Source: Thermodesulfobacteriota bacterium (GTDB taxonomy: Bacteria > Desulfobacterota > Desulfomonilia > UBA1062). From it: 64,000 nt of DNA. The position numbers were made by a program, and so were the translations under genes. Numbering within the stretch: the stretch's first letter is position 1; every line of letters begins with the position of its first letter. The DNA lies in NCBI GenBank assembly GCA_036834365.1, contig DAITOA010000014.1, positions 6,825 to 70,824 on the forward strand. Reading direction: 5' to 3'. Positions 47,802 through 57,616 of this stretch are shown piece by piece. Below the pieces are notes generated by a model that did not search any database, was not told the origin of the DNA, and saw nothing but the letters and a program-made list of their open reading frames with translations.

Positions 47802-49133
47802 ATGAGAAGGAACATCGTACACGAAGGAGCCGAACAGCTTACCTATGAAATCCGGCAGATCGTTGCCGTCGCAGAGGACCTCCAGAGGCTCGGTGTAGAC
47901 ATCACCTGGGAAAATATCGGTGATCCCATAGCCAAAGGGGAAAAGCTCCCCGGCTGGATGAAGGACATCATCAGCTCCCTGGTATCCGAAGACAAGACCT
48001 ACGGATACGTCGCCACCCAGGGCGTCAGCAATTCCCGCCAGTTCCTAGCGGACTTGGTGAACAAACGTGGCGGATACCAGGTCACCCGTGACGACATCAT
48101 CTTCTTCGACGGTATCGGCGATGCCATTGCCAAGATCTTCGGATATCTGAAGCGCGAGGCCCGGGTCATCGGTCCATCGCCTGCATATTCCACCCATTCC
48201 TCCGCCGAGGCGGCGCATTCCGGGTACGAGCACCTCACCTACGATCTCGACCCGAACAACAACTGGATGCCCGACCTCGATGACCTCGAGAACAAGATCA
48301 GGTACAACGACTCCATCGCTGGTATCCTCATCATCAACCCCGACAACCCCACCGGTGCGGTGTATCCGAGGGAACTCCTCCGGAGGATGGTCGATATCGC
48401 CCGCCGCTATAAGGTGTTCATGATCTGTGACGAGACCTACATGCGGCTCGTCTACGGAGGCGTAAAGACCGCCCACCTGAGCGAGGTGATCACCGACGTG
48501 CCGGGTATCGCCCTGCGCGGCATATCCAAGGAATATCCCTGGCCGGGGGCACGCTGCGGATGGATAGAGGTCTTCAACCAGGACAAACTGAACTTCAAGC
48601 GCTATATCAAGAGCCTCGTGAACGCCAAGATGCTGGAGGTCTGCTCCACGAGCCTGCCCCAGTACTCCATACCGCTGGTCATGGGCGATCCCCGTTACGA
48701 GGAGAACCTGCAAAGAAGGCGCTCCGAATACGAGCGCCGTGCACAGGAGGCGTGGGAGATCTTCTCCAAGGTCGAGGGTCTCCGCGTGAACAAGCCCCAG
48801 GGGGCCTTCTACATGTCCGTGCTCTTCGAGGACAACGCGCTGAACAACCGGCAGACACTGCCCATCGAGAATTCCAGGGCACTGGAGTATGTCGAAAACA
48901 AGGTCAAGGGCGTGGAGGTGGACAAGCGCTTCGTGTATTACCTGCTGGGATCGAAGGGCATCTGCGTCGTCCCCCTGACGGGATTCTGCTGCAACAGGAA
49001 GGGGTTCAGGATCACCCTGCTCGAGACCAATGACGAGAAGCGCCGGTGGACTTTCCGGACCATCGCCGAGGGAATCAGGGACTACATCGCATCCACCAGT
49101 ACGAGCTCCGTCCCCACCCAATCGGCCGGATGA
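47802..49133 (+). CDS. Class I/II PLP aminotransferase (AlaA-like)
   Basis: YEIR...ENIGDP, INPDNPTGAVY, DETY, ISKEYPWPGARCGW. Confidence 0.88.
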   Translation: MRRNIVHEGAEQLTYEIRQIVAVAEDLQRLGVDITWENIGDPIAKGEKLPGWMKDIISSLVSEDKTYGYVATQGVSNSRQFLADLVNKRGGYQVTRDDIIFFDGIGDAIAKIFGYLKREARVIGPSPAYSTHSSAEAAHSGYEHLTYDLDPNNNWMPDLDDLENKIRYNDSIAGILIINPDNPTGAVYPRELLRRMVDIARRYKVFMICDETYMRLVYGGVKTAHLSEVITDVPGIALRGISKEYPWPGARCGWIEVFNQDKLNFKRYIKSLVNAKMLEVCSTSLPQYSIPLVMGDPRYEENLQRRRSEYERRAQEAWEIFSKVEGLRVNKPQGAFYMSVLFEDNALNNRQTLPIENSRALEYVENKVKGVEVDKRFVYYLLGSKGICVVPLTGFCCNRKGFRITLLETNDEKRRWTFRTIAEGIRDYIASTSTSSVPTQSAG

Positions 49134-49205
49134 GGCCCTGCCGCGAGCAGGGATGAAATGCAGGCAAGGACATACGGGCTCTGCCGCCTTGAGGTGACAT
49201 GATCA

Positions 49206-50072
49206 ATGGGTTCCCGCAGGGTATCGATCTCTCTTCTGTCCCGCTCCGACACAATCACCGGGGTACTCACCCTTCCCGATGCGCGTGAGCCGGTACCGGC
49301 CCTTGTCCTGTGCCACGGGGCCCTGGGCTTTAAGGAAAATCTAGCCGAACTCGGCGAATACCTCTGCTCCCGGGGCATCGCCTCCCTCGCCTTGGACATG
49401 CACGGCCATGGCGCCAGCGGCGGCGAGCGCTGTCACGTGAATATCGGCGACTGGGTCTCGGACATCCGATGCGCCGTTGACTATCTCCGGACAGTCCAAG
49501 AGATACGAAGGGATGCCATTGGCGCCTTCGGGTTCTCCTCGGGCGGGACCGCCGTCCTGGAGGCCGCAGTCACTGACTGCAGACTCAGGTGCATAATCAC
49601 CCTCGATGCAACGGTAAACAACACGCTGGGGCTCTTCGATACGGGCATCGTCTCCATCCTGAACACCCTGGGACGGATCAAACGCATGATCACCGGAACA
49701 GATCTTCGGCTCTCCATGGTCAAGGCATTCGGCAAGGTGCCCGCCGCCTCCGACCCGGAGGTCGATCGCTCCTGGCAGGAGGACCCCAGGGTCCGTCGGA
49801 TGTGGTCATCGGTGCCCTTTCCGGGCTTTTCTCCGTCCTTCACGGTGGATACCATCAAACGGGTGCACCGGATCCGGATGCCTGTCATGGTGCTCCATGG
49901 AGAGGATGACAGGATCGACGACCCTGAATCGGCGCGGAAACTCCATGAGGCGCTCACCTGCCCCAAGAGGCTCCGCATCATCCCCGGCAACGGACACATG
50001 GGACACCGGGACAGAAACAGGGAAGAAGTGTTCAGGCTCACCGCCGACTGGGCCCTGGCACACCTGGTTTGA
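49206..50072 (+). CDS. Alpha/beta hydrolase
   Basis: LCHG, DMHGHGASGG, nucleophile elbow GFSSG, HGEDD, GNGH. Confidence 0.9.
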   Translation: MGSRRVSISLLSRSDTITGVLTLPDAREPVPALVLCHGALGFKENLAELGEYLCSRGIASLALDMHGHGASGGERCHVNIGDWVSDIRCAVDYLRTVQEIRRDAIGAFGFSSGGTAVLEAAVTDCRLRCIITLDATVNNTLGLFDTGIVSILNTLGRIKRMITGTDLRLSMVKAFGKVPAASDPEVDRSWQEDPRVRRMWSSVPFPGFSPSFTVDTIKRVHRIRMPVMVLHGEDDRIDDPESARKLHEALTCPKRLRIIPGNGHMGHRDRNREEVFRLTADWALAHLV

Positions 50073-50097
50073 GAAATCACCGCCTCTGTGCTATCGT
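50069..50097 (+). promoter_or_regulatory. sigma70-type promoter of ygiQ
   Basis: TTGAGA (50069-50074), 17 nt, TATCGT (50092-50097) with an extended TG. Confidence 0.5.
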
Positions 50098-50109
50098 GCC
50101 CTGCAACCC

Positions 50110-51831
50110 ATGTTCCTTCCAGCCACCCGTGAAGAGATGAACGCCCTGGGCTGGGACCGGCTCGATGTCGTCCTGGTCACCGGAGACGCCTACATCGACA
50201 GCCCCCATATCGGGGTTGCCGTCGTGGGTAAGGCCCTCCTCAGGGTGGGGTTCCGGGTGGGCGTCGTCTCCCAGCCCGACACCTCCTCTGACATGGACAT
50301 CCTGAGGCTCGGCGAGCCGGCGTTGTTCTGGGGGGTCACCGGAGGCAGCATCGACTCCATGGTGGCCAACTACACCCCCCTGAAGAAGAGACGGAAATCC
50401 GATGACTACACTCCCGGCGGCATGAACACGAGGCGGCCGGACCGGGCGGTCATCGTCTACACCAACCTCATCCGCAGGTTCTCCCGGTCAAGGGCGCCCG
50501 TCGTACTGGGAGGCATTGAGGCAAGCCTGCGGCGCATTGCGCACTATGACTTCTGGTCCGACGCCGTCCGGCGCTCCATCCTCTTCGATGCGAAGGCGGA
50601 CATCATCGTGTACGGCATGGCTGAGAACCCGGTGGTGGAGCTTGCCCGGAGGATTTCGTCCGGGAAGGACCATCGGGACCTGCGGGGTATCTGCTTCATC
50701 GGCAGGGACAGGCCGGACGGATACGAGGAGATCCCTTCTTACGAGGACGTCAGCACCGACATGGACGCCTTTCAGGACATGTTCCACGCCTTTGCCCGCA
50801 ACAACGACCCGGCCACCGGCGTCGGCTTCTGCCAGCGGCATGGAGACCGTTTCCTTATCCACAACCCGCCGTGGCCGGTTCTTGCTGGAGAGGAACTCGA
50901 CGATATCTGCGCCCTCGAATTCGAGCGGGAGGTGCATCCCCGCGATCGTGCCTTGGGCGAGGTGAAGGCCATGGAGACCATCCGCTTCTCCATCACGACT
51001 CACCGGGGGTGCCTGGGGAGGTGCAACTTCTGCTCCATCGGCGTGCACGAGGGTACCGTCGTCGTCTCGCGCAGTGAGGCATCCATCCTCCTGGAGGCTG
51101 AAAGGATCGCCGGACATCCCCGGTTCAAGGGCATCATCCGGGACGTCGGGGGGCCCACGGCCAACATGTACGGGATGGGGTGCACCCGGGGGGCTGCAGG
51201 ATCGTGTCGGGACAGGCGATGCCTGTACCCAGGGGTTTGCCCCGCTCTCGACATCAGCCATGAGCGCCAGACCGGGATTCTGAAACGGCTGCGCGCCATT
51301 CCGGGCATCCGTAAGGCCTTCGTGGCTTCAGGGATCAGGCATGACCTGGTCTGTTCGGATGTACGGCACGGTGACGCTTATCTGGAGGAGCTGACCGCGC
51401 ACCACGTTTCCGGTCAGCTCAAACTGGCCCCCGAGCATTGCATACCCGCCGTCCTGGATCGGATGGCCAAGCCGGGCACCGACGCCCTGCTCACCTTCAG
51501 GGACGCCTTTTCACGGCTGAACCGTCTGGCTGACAGGAAGCAGTTCCTCACCTACTATTTCCTCGCCGCCCACCCCGGGTGCACCGAGGAAGACATGAAG
51601 AGACTCAGGGCCTACATCGACAGGCACCTCAAGCTCACACCCGAGCAGGTACAGATCTTCACACCCACACCGTCGACCTACTCGACGCTGATGTACTGCA
51701 CCGGGCGCGACCCCTTCACCGGTGAACACATCTTCGTGGAGAGGGACCCGCGCCGCAAGCAGCGGCAGAAGGACATACTCACGGAAAGGAAAGGGAAGGC
51801 CGGCAATGAAAGACGATCACAGATCAGATGA
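50110..51831 (+). CDS. ygiQ: YgiQ family radical SAM protein
   Basis: FLPATREEM, TGDAYIDSP, HRGCLGRCNFC, DVGGPTANMY, KLAPEH, YFLAAHPG, EQVQIFTPTP. Start moved to ATG 50110. Confidence 0.93.
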   Translation: MFLPATREEMNALGWDRLDVVLVTGDAYIDSPHIGVAVVGKALLRVGFRVGVVSQPDTSSDMDILRLGEPALFWGVTGGSIDSMVANYTPLKKRRKSDDYTPGGMNTRRPDRAVIVYTNLIRRFSRSRAPVVLGGIEASLRRIAHYDFWSDAVRRSILFDAKADIIVYGMAENPVVELARRISSGKDHRDLRGICFIGRDRPDGYEEIPSYEDVSTDMDAFQDMFHAFARNNDPATGVGFCQRHGDRFLIHNPPWPVLAGEELDDICALEFEREVHPRDRALGEVKAMETIRFSITTHRGCLGRCNFCSIGVHEGTVVVSRSEASILLEAERIAGHPRFKGIIRDVGGPTANMYGMGCTRGAAGSCRDRRCLYPGVCPALDISHERQTGILKRLRAIPGIRKAFVASGIRHDLVCSDVRHGDAYLEELTAHHVSGQLKLAPEHCIPAVLDRMAKPGTDALLTFRDAFSRLNRLADRKQFLTYYFLAAHPGCTEEDMKRLRAYIDRHLKLTPEQVQIFTPTPSTYSTLMYCTGRDPFTGEHIFVERDPRRKQRQKDILTERKGKAGNERRSQIR

Positions 51832-52156
51832 CGATCTTCTTGAGCCCGCAGAACCGAAGAAGAGCAAGACCCAGCGCAAGAAGGAGATGATCGAGCTGCA
51901 GAAGCTCGGGGTGCGGCTGACGGATCTCCCCGACGGCTACCTGAAGAAGTCGGGCATCCCCGGGGATCTCCTGGAAGCGGTTCTGGCCGCCAAGAAGATC
52001 ACGGCATTCGGCGCCAGGAAAAGGCAGCATCAGTACATCGGCACCATCATGCGGGGGGTCGACCCAGACAACATCAGGCGCGTGCTCGACGACTTCGGCC
52101 GGCCGGGCATGGTCGACAGATCCCATGAAGATGATCCTGAAAGGAGGATACCATGA
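51806..52156 (+). CDS. yjgA: DUF615/YjgA (DarP) ribosome-associated protein
   Basis: KSKTQRKKEMIELQKLG..L, ARKRQHQYIGTIMR. Confidence 0.88.
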   Translation: MKDDHRSDDDLLEPAEPKKSKTQRKKEMIELQKLGVRLTDLPDGYLKKSGIPGDLLEAVLAAKKITAFGARKRQHQYIGTIMRGVDPDNIRRVLDDFGRPGMVDRSHEDDPERRIP

Positions 52157-52437
52157 GAAGGATGGTACGATCTCACCGGTGGATACCCGTCATCCTGACA
52201 TGCCTCTTTGCCCTTGCCCTGTGCGGCTGTGAGGGTGGCGATGCACGGAAATCCGTTACCGACACCGTGAAGGATCTTGCCGGGAAACAGGTGATAGAAA
52301 AGGGCGACCGCATGAAGCAGGACATCGACCGGGCCATGAAGGACGAGGCCCGGCGGCTCCTCAGGATGGGGGAGAGGAAGGAGGGCGGTAACCCTGAAGG
52401 TGAGGAGGAGAATGGCGGGAAGTCGGCCTCCGACTAA
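52153..52437 (+). CDS. Small hypothetical lipoprotein
   Basis: Lipobox LCGC; ATGA overlap and GGAGG RBS. Confidence 0.65.
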   Translation: MRRMVRSHRWIPVILTCLFALALCGCEGGDARKSVTDTVKDLAGKQVIEKGDRMKQDIDRAMKDEARRLLRMGERKEGGNPEGEEENGGKSASD

Positions 52438-52466
52438 TAGGCCGCTCCTCCTCCAGCGATGCCCCC

Positions 52467-52496
52467 TTGCCGAGGCCGTGCCCCAGACGGTATAAT
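52467..52496 (+). promoter_or_regulatory. sigma70-type promoter of the SDR-mdh-MBL-HIBADH run
   Basis: TTGCCG (52467-52472), 18 nt, TATAAT (52491-52496). Confidence 0.6.
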
Positions 52497-52603
52497 ACCT
52501 CAGGATGTCCGGGTGGTGAGCTCGAGAGGGGGTGTGGGGTATCCGACCTCTCCCCGCCCGACACCGCCATTGATGGAATGATGATATGGGGAGGATTGGC
52601 GTC

Positions 52604-53395
52604 ATGACCTATCGCGACAAGGTTGTCTGGATAACGGGTGCATCATCGGGCATAGGAGAAGCACTGGCATACGCATTCGCGGAACGGGGGGCGCATCTCA
52701 TTCTCTCCGCCCGCAACGAGCAGCGTCTCATGGAGGTCAAGAGCCGGTGTGCGTCGCCGGAGAACCATGACGCTGTGACCCTTGACCTCGAACATTCCGA
52801 TGCCTTCGAGCCCCTGGTCCGGTCCGTCCTCGAGAAATACGGCCGGATCGATGTCCTTGTTAACAGCGGCGGCATCTCCCAGCGGGGTCTGGCTGCCGAA
52901 ACCGGCATGGAGACCGTCCGGAGGGTAATGGAGACGGATTTCTTCGGAACCGTGGCCCTCACGAAGGCCGTCCTGCCCTCCATGCTGGAGAGGGATTCCG
53001 GCCACATCGTGGTCGTCAGCAGCCTCATGGGAAAATTCAGTACGCCGCTACGCTCAGCATACGCCGCATCCAAGCACGCCCTTCACGGCTTCTTCGACGG
53101 CCTGAGGGCGGAGCTCCACGACACAGGCATCCGGGTCACCATCGTGTGCCCCGGGTTCATCCGCACCAACATCTCCATCAATGCCCTGTGCGCCGATGGA
53201 TCATGCCACGGGGTCATGGACGACGCCCAGGCTTCCGGCATGGCGGCATCCGTCTGTGCGGAGAGGACCATCGCGGCCCTGGACAAGGGCAGGGACGAGG
53301 TCCTCATCGGTGGGAGGGAGATCATCGGCGTGTACCTGAAACGTTTCGTGCCGGGCCTCTTCAACCGTATCATCGCTCGGGCCAAGGTCACGTGA
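52604..53395 (+). CDS. SDR family oxidoreductase (DHRS7-like)
   Basis: TGASSGIG, NSGGISQR, SSLMG, YAASK. Confidence 0.93.
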   Translation: MTYRDKVVWITGASSGIGEALAYAFAERGAHLILSARNEQRLMEVKSRCASPENHDAVTLDLEHSDAFEPLVRSVLEKYGRIDVLVNSGGISQRGLAAETGMETVRRVMETDFFGTVALTKAVLPSMLERDSGHIVVVSSLMGKFSTPLRSAYAASKHALHGFFDGLRAELHDTGIRVTIVCPGFIRTNISINALCADGSCHGVMDDAQASGMAASVCAERTIAALDKGRDEVLIGGREIIGVYLKRFVPGLFNRIIARAKVT

Positions 53396-53406
53396 GGAGA
53401 ACTGCC

Positions 53407-54324
53407 GTGCACAGACCGCGGATCCTGGTCATCGGTGCGGGTATGGTGGGCTCCACGAGCGCAGCCTCCATTGCGGCCAGGGGCCTCGGCACGGTCTACC
53501 TCCACGACGCGCTGGAAGACCTCGCCCTCGGCCGTGCCATGGACATCAACCAGTCCCTGCCGTCGAGCAGCAGCGATTCCTGCGTCATCGGGTGCAACAC
53601 CCTGGCGGAGGCCGGCAGGGCTGACATCGTGGTCATTACTGCAGGACTGGCCCGCAAAGCGGGCATGACCAGGCTCGACCTCCTCAGGCACAACGCCTCT
53701 GTCGTCGCCACCCTGGCGCCGGTCCTCGCCTCCCAATGCCCCGACGCCCGGGTGCTGCTCGTAACCAATCCCGTGGACGTCCTCACCTGGCACCTCAAGT
53801 CACTCTGCCCGGCCATGCACATCATGGGGCTCGGGTGCTCCCTTGACATGATCAGGCTCAGACACTTCATCGCCTGGGCCGCAGGAGTCTCTGTAGATTC
53901 CGTGGGAGCCATGGTGATCGGCACCCATGACGACAACATGATCCCGCTGGCAGCCAGGGCGTCCATCGCCGGCACCCCTGCAACGTCCCTGATCAAGTCC
54001 GCAGACCTTCCCGGCATCATTGAGCGGACGAAACACGCAGGAAGCACCATCGTGAACTACATGAAGGCCCACAGCGGGCACTATGCGGCAGGCGAGATCG
54101 TCTCCCTGATCGTCGAATCCATGGCACTGGACAGGGGCATGGTCTTCCCGGTGAGCGTGTGCCTGAACGGGGAATACGGCTACCGGGACATCTGCCTCGC
54201 CCTTCCCTGCATCATCGACGGAGGGGGCATCCGGCAGGTCATCGAGATGGAGCTGGACGCCCGGGAAAAGGATTTGCTCGATGTCTGCGCCCGTTCCATC
54301 AGCGAGCAGATCGGGCAGCTCTGA
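53407..54324 (+). CDS. mdh: Malate dehydrogenase (LDH-like MDH family), divergent
   Basis: IGAGMVG, TAGLARKAGMTRLDLL, VTNPVD, LDMIR, IGTHDD, GEYG; GTG start after GAGGAG. Confidence 0.8.
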   Translation: MHRPRILVIGAGMVGSTSAASIAARGLGTVYLHDALEDLALGRAMDINQSLPSSSSDSCVIGCNTLAEAGRADIVVITAGLARKAGMTRLDLLRHNASVVATLAPVLASQCPDARVLLVTNPVDVLTWHLKSLCPAMHIMGLGCSLDMIRLRHFIAWAAGVSVDSVGAMVIGTHDDNMIPLAARASIAGTPATSLIKSADLPGIIERTKHAGSTIVNYMKAHSGHYAAGEIVSLIVESMALDRGMVFPVSVCLNGEYGYRDICLALPCIIDGGGIRQVIEMELDAREKDLLDVCARSISEQIGQL

Positions 54325-54343
54325 GGAGGAGCAACGACAGGAC

Positions 54344-55165
54344 ATGCCGGTATCCCTGCGATGGATGGGCACGGCACACATCGAACTGAGCCATGACGGC
54401 CGGGTCGTGCTGGTGGATCCCTACCTCACGAGACCCCCGAAGAGCGCCATCTTCTTCCGGCGTCTCCGGCCGGACCCGGATGCCGCGAGGGCCTATGCGG
54501 AAGGCCTTGACGGTACGGTGAAGGCCATCATTGCGAGCCATACCCACTTCGACCATGTCCTGGACATCCCGGAACTCGCACGCCGCACCGGCTCTACGGT
54601 CATCGGAAGCCCCAGCCTGGACGCCCTCATGGGCATCTCCGGCCTCCCCGGCAGGATCACCATAGCCCGTCCCCGGGAAGCCGTGCACCTCGTCGATGGC
54701 CTGACCATAACCATGATTCCGTCGATCCACGGCCTCATCATGGGCCGCACGCTCCTCATGGAGGGAGACATCGACAGGACCCTGACGCCGCCGCTGCGTA
54801 CCCACCGGTACCGGCTGGGCGCCATGTATACGGTGAAGGTGGAACTGGGGGGCATGACCTTCCTCCACGTCGGCAGCGCGGGCTTTCTGGAAGAGGAACT
54901 GGCAGGCCACACGTGTGACGTGCTCTTCCTCTGTGCGGCCGGGTGGAAGAACACGCCGGGATATCCCGAGCGGGTCGTCGACATCCTCCGGCCGTCCTGC
55001 GTGGTGCCCATCCACTACGACGACTTTTCCCTGCCCCTGCTGCCGGGCAAGGACTTCAGGGTTCTGAAGTCCGCCGATATCACGCGCTTCATCGAAAAGG
55101 TAAAGAGAACAGGATCTTCTCTCGAGGTACGGCAGATCGAGCCGTGTGTAACAACGTCTTTCTGA
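54344..55165 (+). CDS. MBL-fold metallo-hydrolase
   Basis: SHTHFDH, IPSIHG, VPIHYDDF; start ATG 54344. Confidence 0.88.
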   Translation: MPVSLRWMGTAHIELSHDGRVVLVDPYLTRPPKSAIFFRRLRPDPDAARAYAEGLDGTVKAIIASHTHFDHVLDIPELARRTGSTVIGSPSLDALMGISGLPGRITIARPREAVHLVDGLTITMIPSIHGLIMGRTLLMEGDIDRTLTPPLRTHRYRLGAMYTVKVELGGMTFLHVGSAGFLEEELAGHTCDVLFLCAAGWKNTPGYPERVVDILRPSCVVPIHYDDFSLPLLPGKDFRVLKSADITRFIEKVKRTGSSLEVRQIEPCVTTSF

Positions 55166-55178
55166 AAGGGAGCGACAT

Positions 55179-56063
55179 ATGGACAGGAGAAGGATCGGAT
55201 GGATCGGGACAGGGGTGATGGGAACCTCCATGTGCTCGCACCTCATCGGGGCAGGCCATGAGCTCTCCATCCACACCAGGACGAGGAGCAAGGCATCGAG
55301 CCTGCTGGACAGGGGCGCGTCTTGGTGCGGTTCCCCTGCGGAAGCATCTGAGAAGTCCGACTTCGTCTTCACCATTGTGGGCTACCCCGAGGACGTTGAA
55401 GAAGTGTACTTCTCGGATAACGGGATTCTTGCGGCAAGCAGGACCGGCACCGTCCTCATCGACATGACCACCTCCAGGCCGTCCCTGGCCCAGAGGATCT
55501 ACGCGGCGACCCGACAGAAGGGATGCCACAGCCTCGACGCACCGGTTTCGGGCGGTGATGTGGGCGCCAGACAGGCCACCCTGGCCATCATGGTGGGGGG
55601 TGACCGGGAGGTCTACGAAAAGACGCTGCCACTCCTGAACCACCTCGGGAAGACCGTCTCCCTCATGGGCGGGCCGGGTTCCGGCCAGCATACCAAGATG
55701 AGCAATCAGATCGCCATCGCCTCAGGCATGATCGGGGTGGTGGAGGCCCTGCTCTACGCCGTCAGGGCAGGACTCGACCCTGCCTCCCTCCTCGACATCA
55801 TCGGGACGGGAGCGGCCGGATCGTGGTCCCTGAACAACCTGGGCCGGAGGATCGTGGGTGGCGACTTCAACCCGGGGTTCTTCATCAAGCACTTCATCAA
55901 GGACCTGGGCATTGCCCTGGACGAGGCCCGACGCATGCGGATCGCACTGCCCGGCCTTGCCCTCGCCCATCAACTCTACGTGGCGGCATCGGCCATGGAC
56001 CTCGGTGAGTTGGGGACCCAGGGCCTCTACAGGGTGCTCGAACGCCTCAATGGCATGGGATAG
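55179..56063 (+). CDS. 3-hydroxyisobutyrate dehydrogenase-family NAD(P)-dependent oxidoreductase
   Basis: GWIGTGVMG, DMTTS, LDAPVSGGD, GQHTKMSNQ, PGFFIKHFIKDL. Confidence 0.93.
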   Translation: MDRRRIGWIGTGVMGTSMCSHLIGAGHELSIHTRTRSKASSLLDRGASWCGSPAEASEKSDFVFTIVGYPEDVEEVYFSDNGILAASRTGTVLIDMTTSRPSLAQRIYAATRQKGCHSLDAPVSGGDVGARQATLAIMVGGDREVYEKTLPLLNHLGKTVSLMGGPGSGQHTKMSNQIAIASGMIGVVEALLYAVRAGLDPASLLDIIGTGAAGSWSLNNLGRRIVGGDFNPGFFIKHFIKDLGIALDEARRMRIALPGLALAHQLYVAASAMDLGELGTQGLYRVLERLNGMG

Positions 56064-56213
56064 TGAGGAGGGATCGACAGACCCTCTTCTCCAGCAAATT
56101 ATCGTCTTGTTTCTCAAGTCCTTCCCCGGAGGTTCCTCCTCCCCGCTTTTCGTGTCATGTTTCCATTTCGATCTGTCGATGAGAACAGCAAGTTCGGTGC
56201 AGGGAGTTTCCCC

Positions 56214-57002
56214 ATGAAAAAATCTTTCTTCGTTCTGTCGGTCTTCCTCGGAGTCATGCTCTTCGCCTGCGGGGGCGGAGGGGGCGGCGGCTCTACGAGC
56301 AGCGGAGACGACGACCAGACCGTCAATACCCTGGAGTACGTGCGTGACACCTCGAGGACCTATACCTTTCACGAAACCCAGTCTGCCACGGCCAACGGCC
56401 AGAGCGCATCGGCCACCCTCACCAAAGTCTTTTCCTACGAGCAGGTGAGCTCCGTCCCCGCCGGGTACGGAGACTTCGACGACTATACCGGACCGTACTA
56501 CCTGGAGATCGTCTCAAAGGACGGGGAGGAAACGGAGAACACCTACACGGACGTTGATGGAAACGTCCTCGTACAGGCCGATCCGAGCACCTTTACCCGT
56601 ATCTATGACAATGACTATTCAGGGGATGGTATCCCATCCTCAGTGGTCCTCAACAGGACCTATTCCTCCACCGCGAGGCAGATCCTCTACAACGCCGACC
56701 TCGATGCGGGGTTCTGGGGTGAAGAACTGGGCTTCAGCCTGACCACGTCGTCCACGAAACCCGTGGCCGTGGAGAACGTCACCGTCCCGGCGGGCACCTT
56801 CAGCGCCCTGAAGTTCCAGATCAATCAAACCATATCCATAACCTTAGACGGACAGACAAATTCCACCACGTATACGGGGTATCAATGGCTCGGCAAGGAC
56901 ATGGGCCTTATCAAATTCTTCCTATCCTATTCCCAGACGATCAGCGGTGTCACTGTCCAGTACACCATCACCGATGAGCTCTCCTCCGTGAGCGACGGGT
57001 AA
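56214..57002 (+). CDS. Hypothetical beta-rich lipoprotein
   Basis: Lipobox LFAC followed by a Gly run; ENVTVPAGTFSALK and WLGKDMGLIK (DUF3108-like pattern). Confidence 0.75.
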   Translation: MKKSFFVLSVFLGVMLFACGGGGGGGSTSSGDDDQTVNTLEYVRDTSRTYTFHETQSATANGQSASATLTKVFSYEQVSSVPAGYGDFDDYTGPYYLEIVSKDGEETENTYTDVDGNVLVQADPSTFTRIYDNDYSGDGIPSSVVLNRTYSSTARQILYNADLDAGFWGEELGFSLTTSSTKPVAVENVTVPAGTFSALKFQINQTISITLDGQTNSTTYTGYQWLGKDMGLIKFFLSYSQTISGVTVQYTITDELSSVSDG

Positions 57003-57100
57003 GGCGGACAAGAAAGGAAAACCCCTATGCCCGCTCGGGTAAAAGGGTGTACCATGGGAGACACCTCAATGAAGAACGCTCTCCACAGGGAGGACGACGT

Positions 57101-57544
57101 ATGAACAGAAAGATCTTCAAAAAATCGGTTCTTTTCCTCTTGGCAGGCCTTGTGATCCCCTCCTTCCTCACATCCTGTCTCGATGTCGGCGAGAATGACG
57201 ATACGCCGGACTTCGGCGTCTACAGCACCTTACCCGAAGAAGGGGCTACGGATGTCACCCTCGACTCCGCAGTCGTGATCACCTTTGAGACCGATGTCGA
57301 CCCGGACACGGTGACCACGAGCACCTTTGTCGTGCGGGACGAGACAGGTACGGCCGTCTCAGGGGACGTCTACGCCGAGGGCGTCGTAGCGGACTTCAGG
57401 GCCGACGGATACCTCGAGGCGGAAACGACCTACACCGTGACCCTGGACGAGAGCATCGCGGACATCTATGGAAGGACCCTGGGCGATTTCCTGGGCTCCG
57501 ATTATACCTTCAGCTTCACCACGGGCGTCCAGACCTCGGAGTAA
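57101..57544 (+). CDS. Lipoprotein with bacterial Ig-like (SbsA/Big_5) domain
   Basis: Lipobox LTSC; P.EGATDV.LD..VVITF...VDP.TV, LEAETTYTVTL, YTFSFTT. Confidence 0.82.
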   Translation: MNRKIFKKSVLFLLAGLVIPSFLTSCLDVGENDDTPDFGVYSTLPEEGATDVTLDSAVVITFETDVDPDTVTTSTFVVRDETGTAVSGDVYAEGVVADFRADGYLEAETTYTVTLDESIADIYGRTLGDFLGSDYTFSFTTGVQTSE

Positions 57545-57616
57545 ACCGAACAAGCGGCGTCCCTGCGCGAAGTAATACATCGCGCGGTGTACCGCCGCAA
57601 GCCAGACGGCATTTCC

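Noticed and set aside
49897-50109. Upstream-extended starts in the ORF track (49897, 53146, 54281, 36590, 36454, 62920, 58687 and others)
   Set aside because: The extensions overlap neighbouring genes, and downstream starts have an RBS or match the family N-termini.
50110-51831. YgiQ radical SAM protein as the GRE activase
   Set aside because: It carries the complete YgiQ family signature, is much larger than GRE activases and lies 24 kb away.
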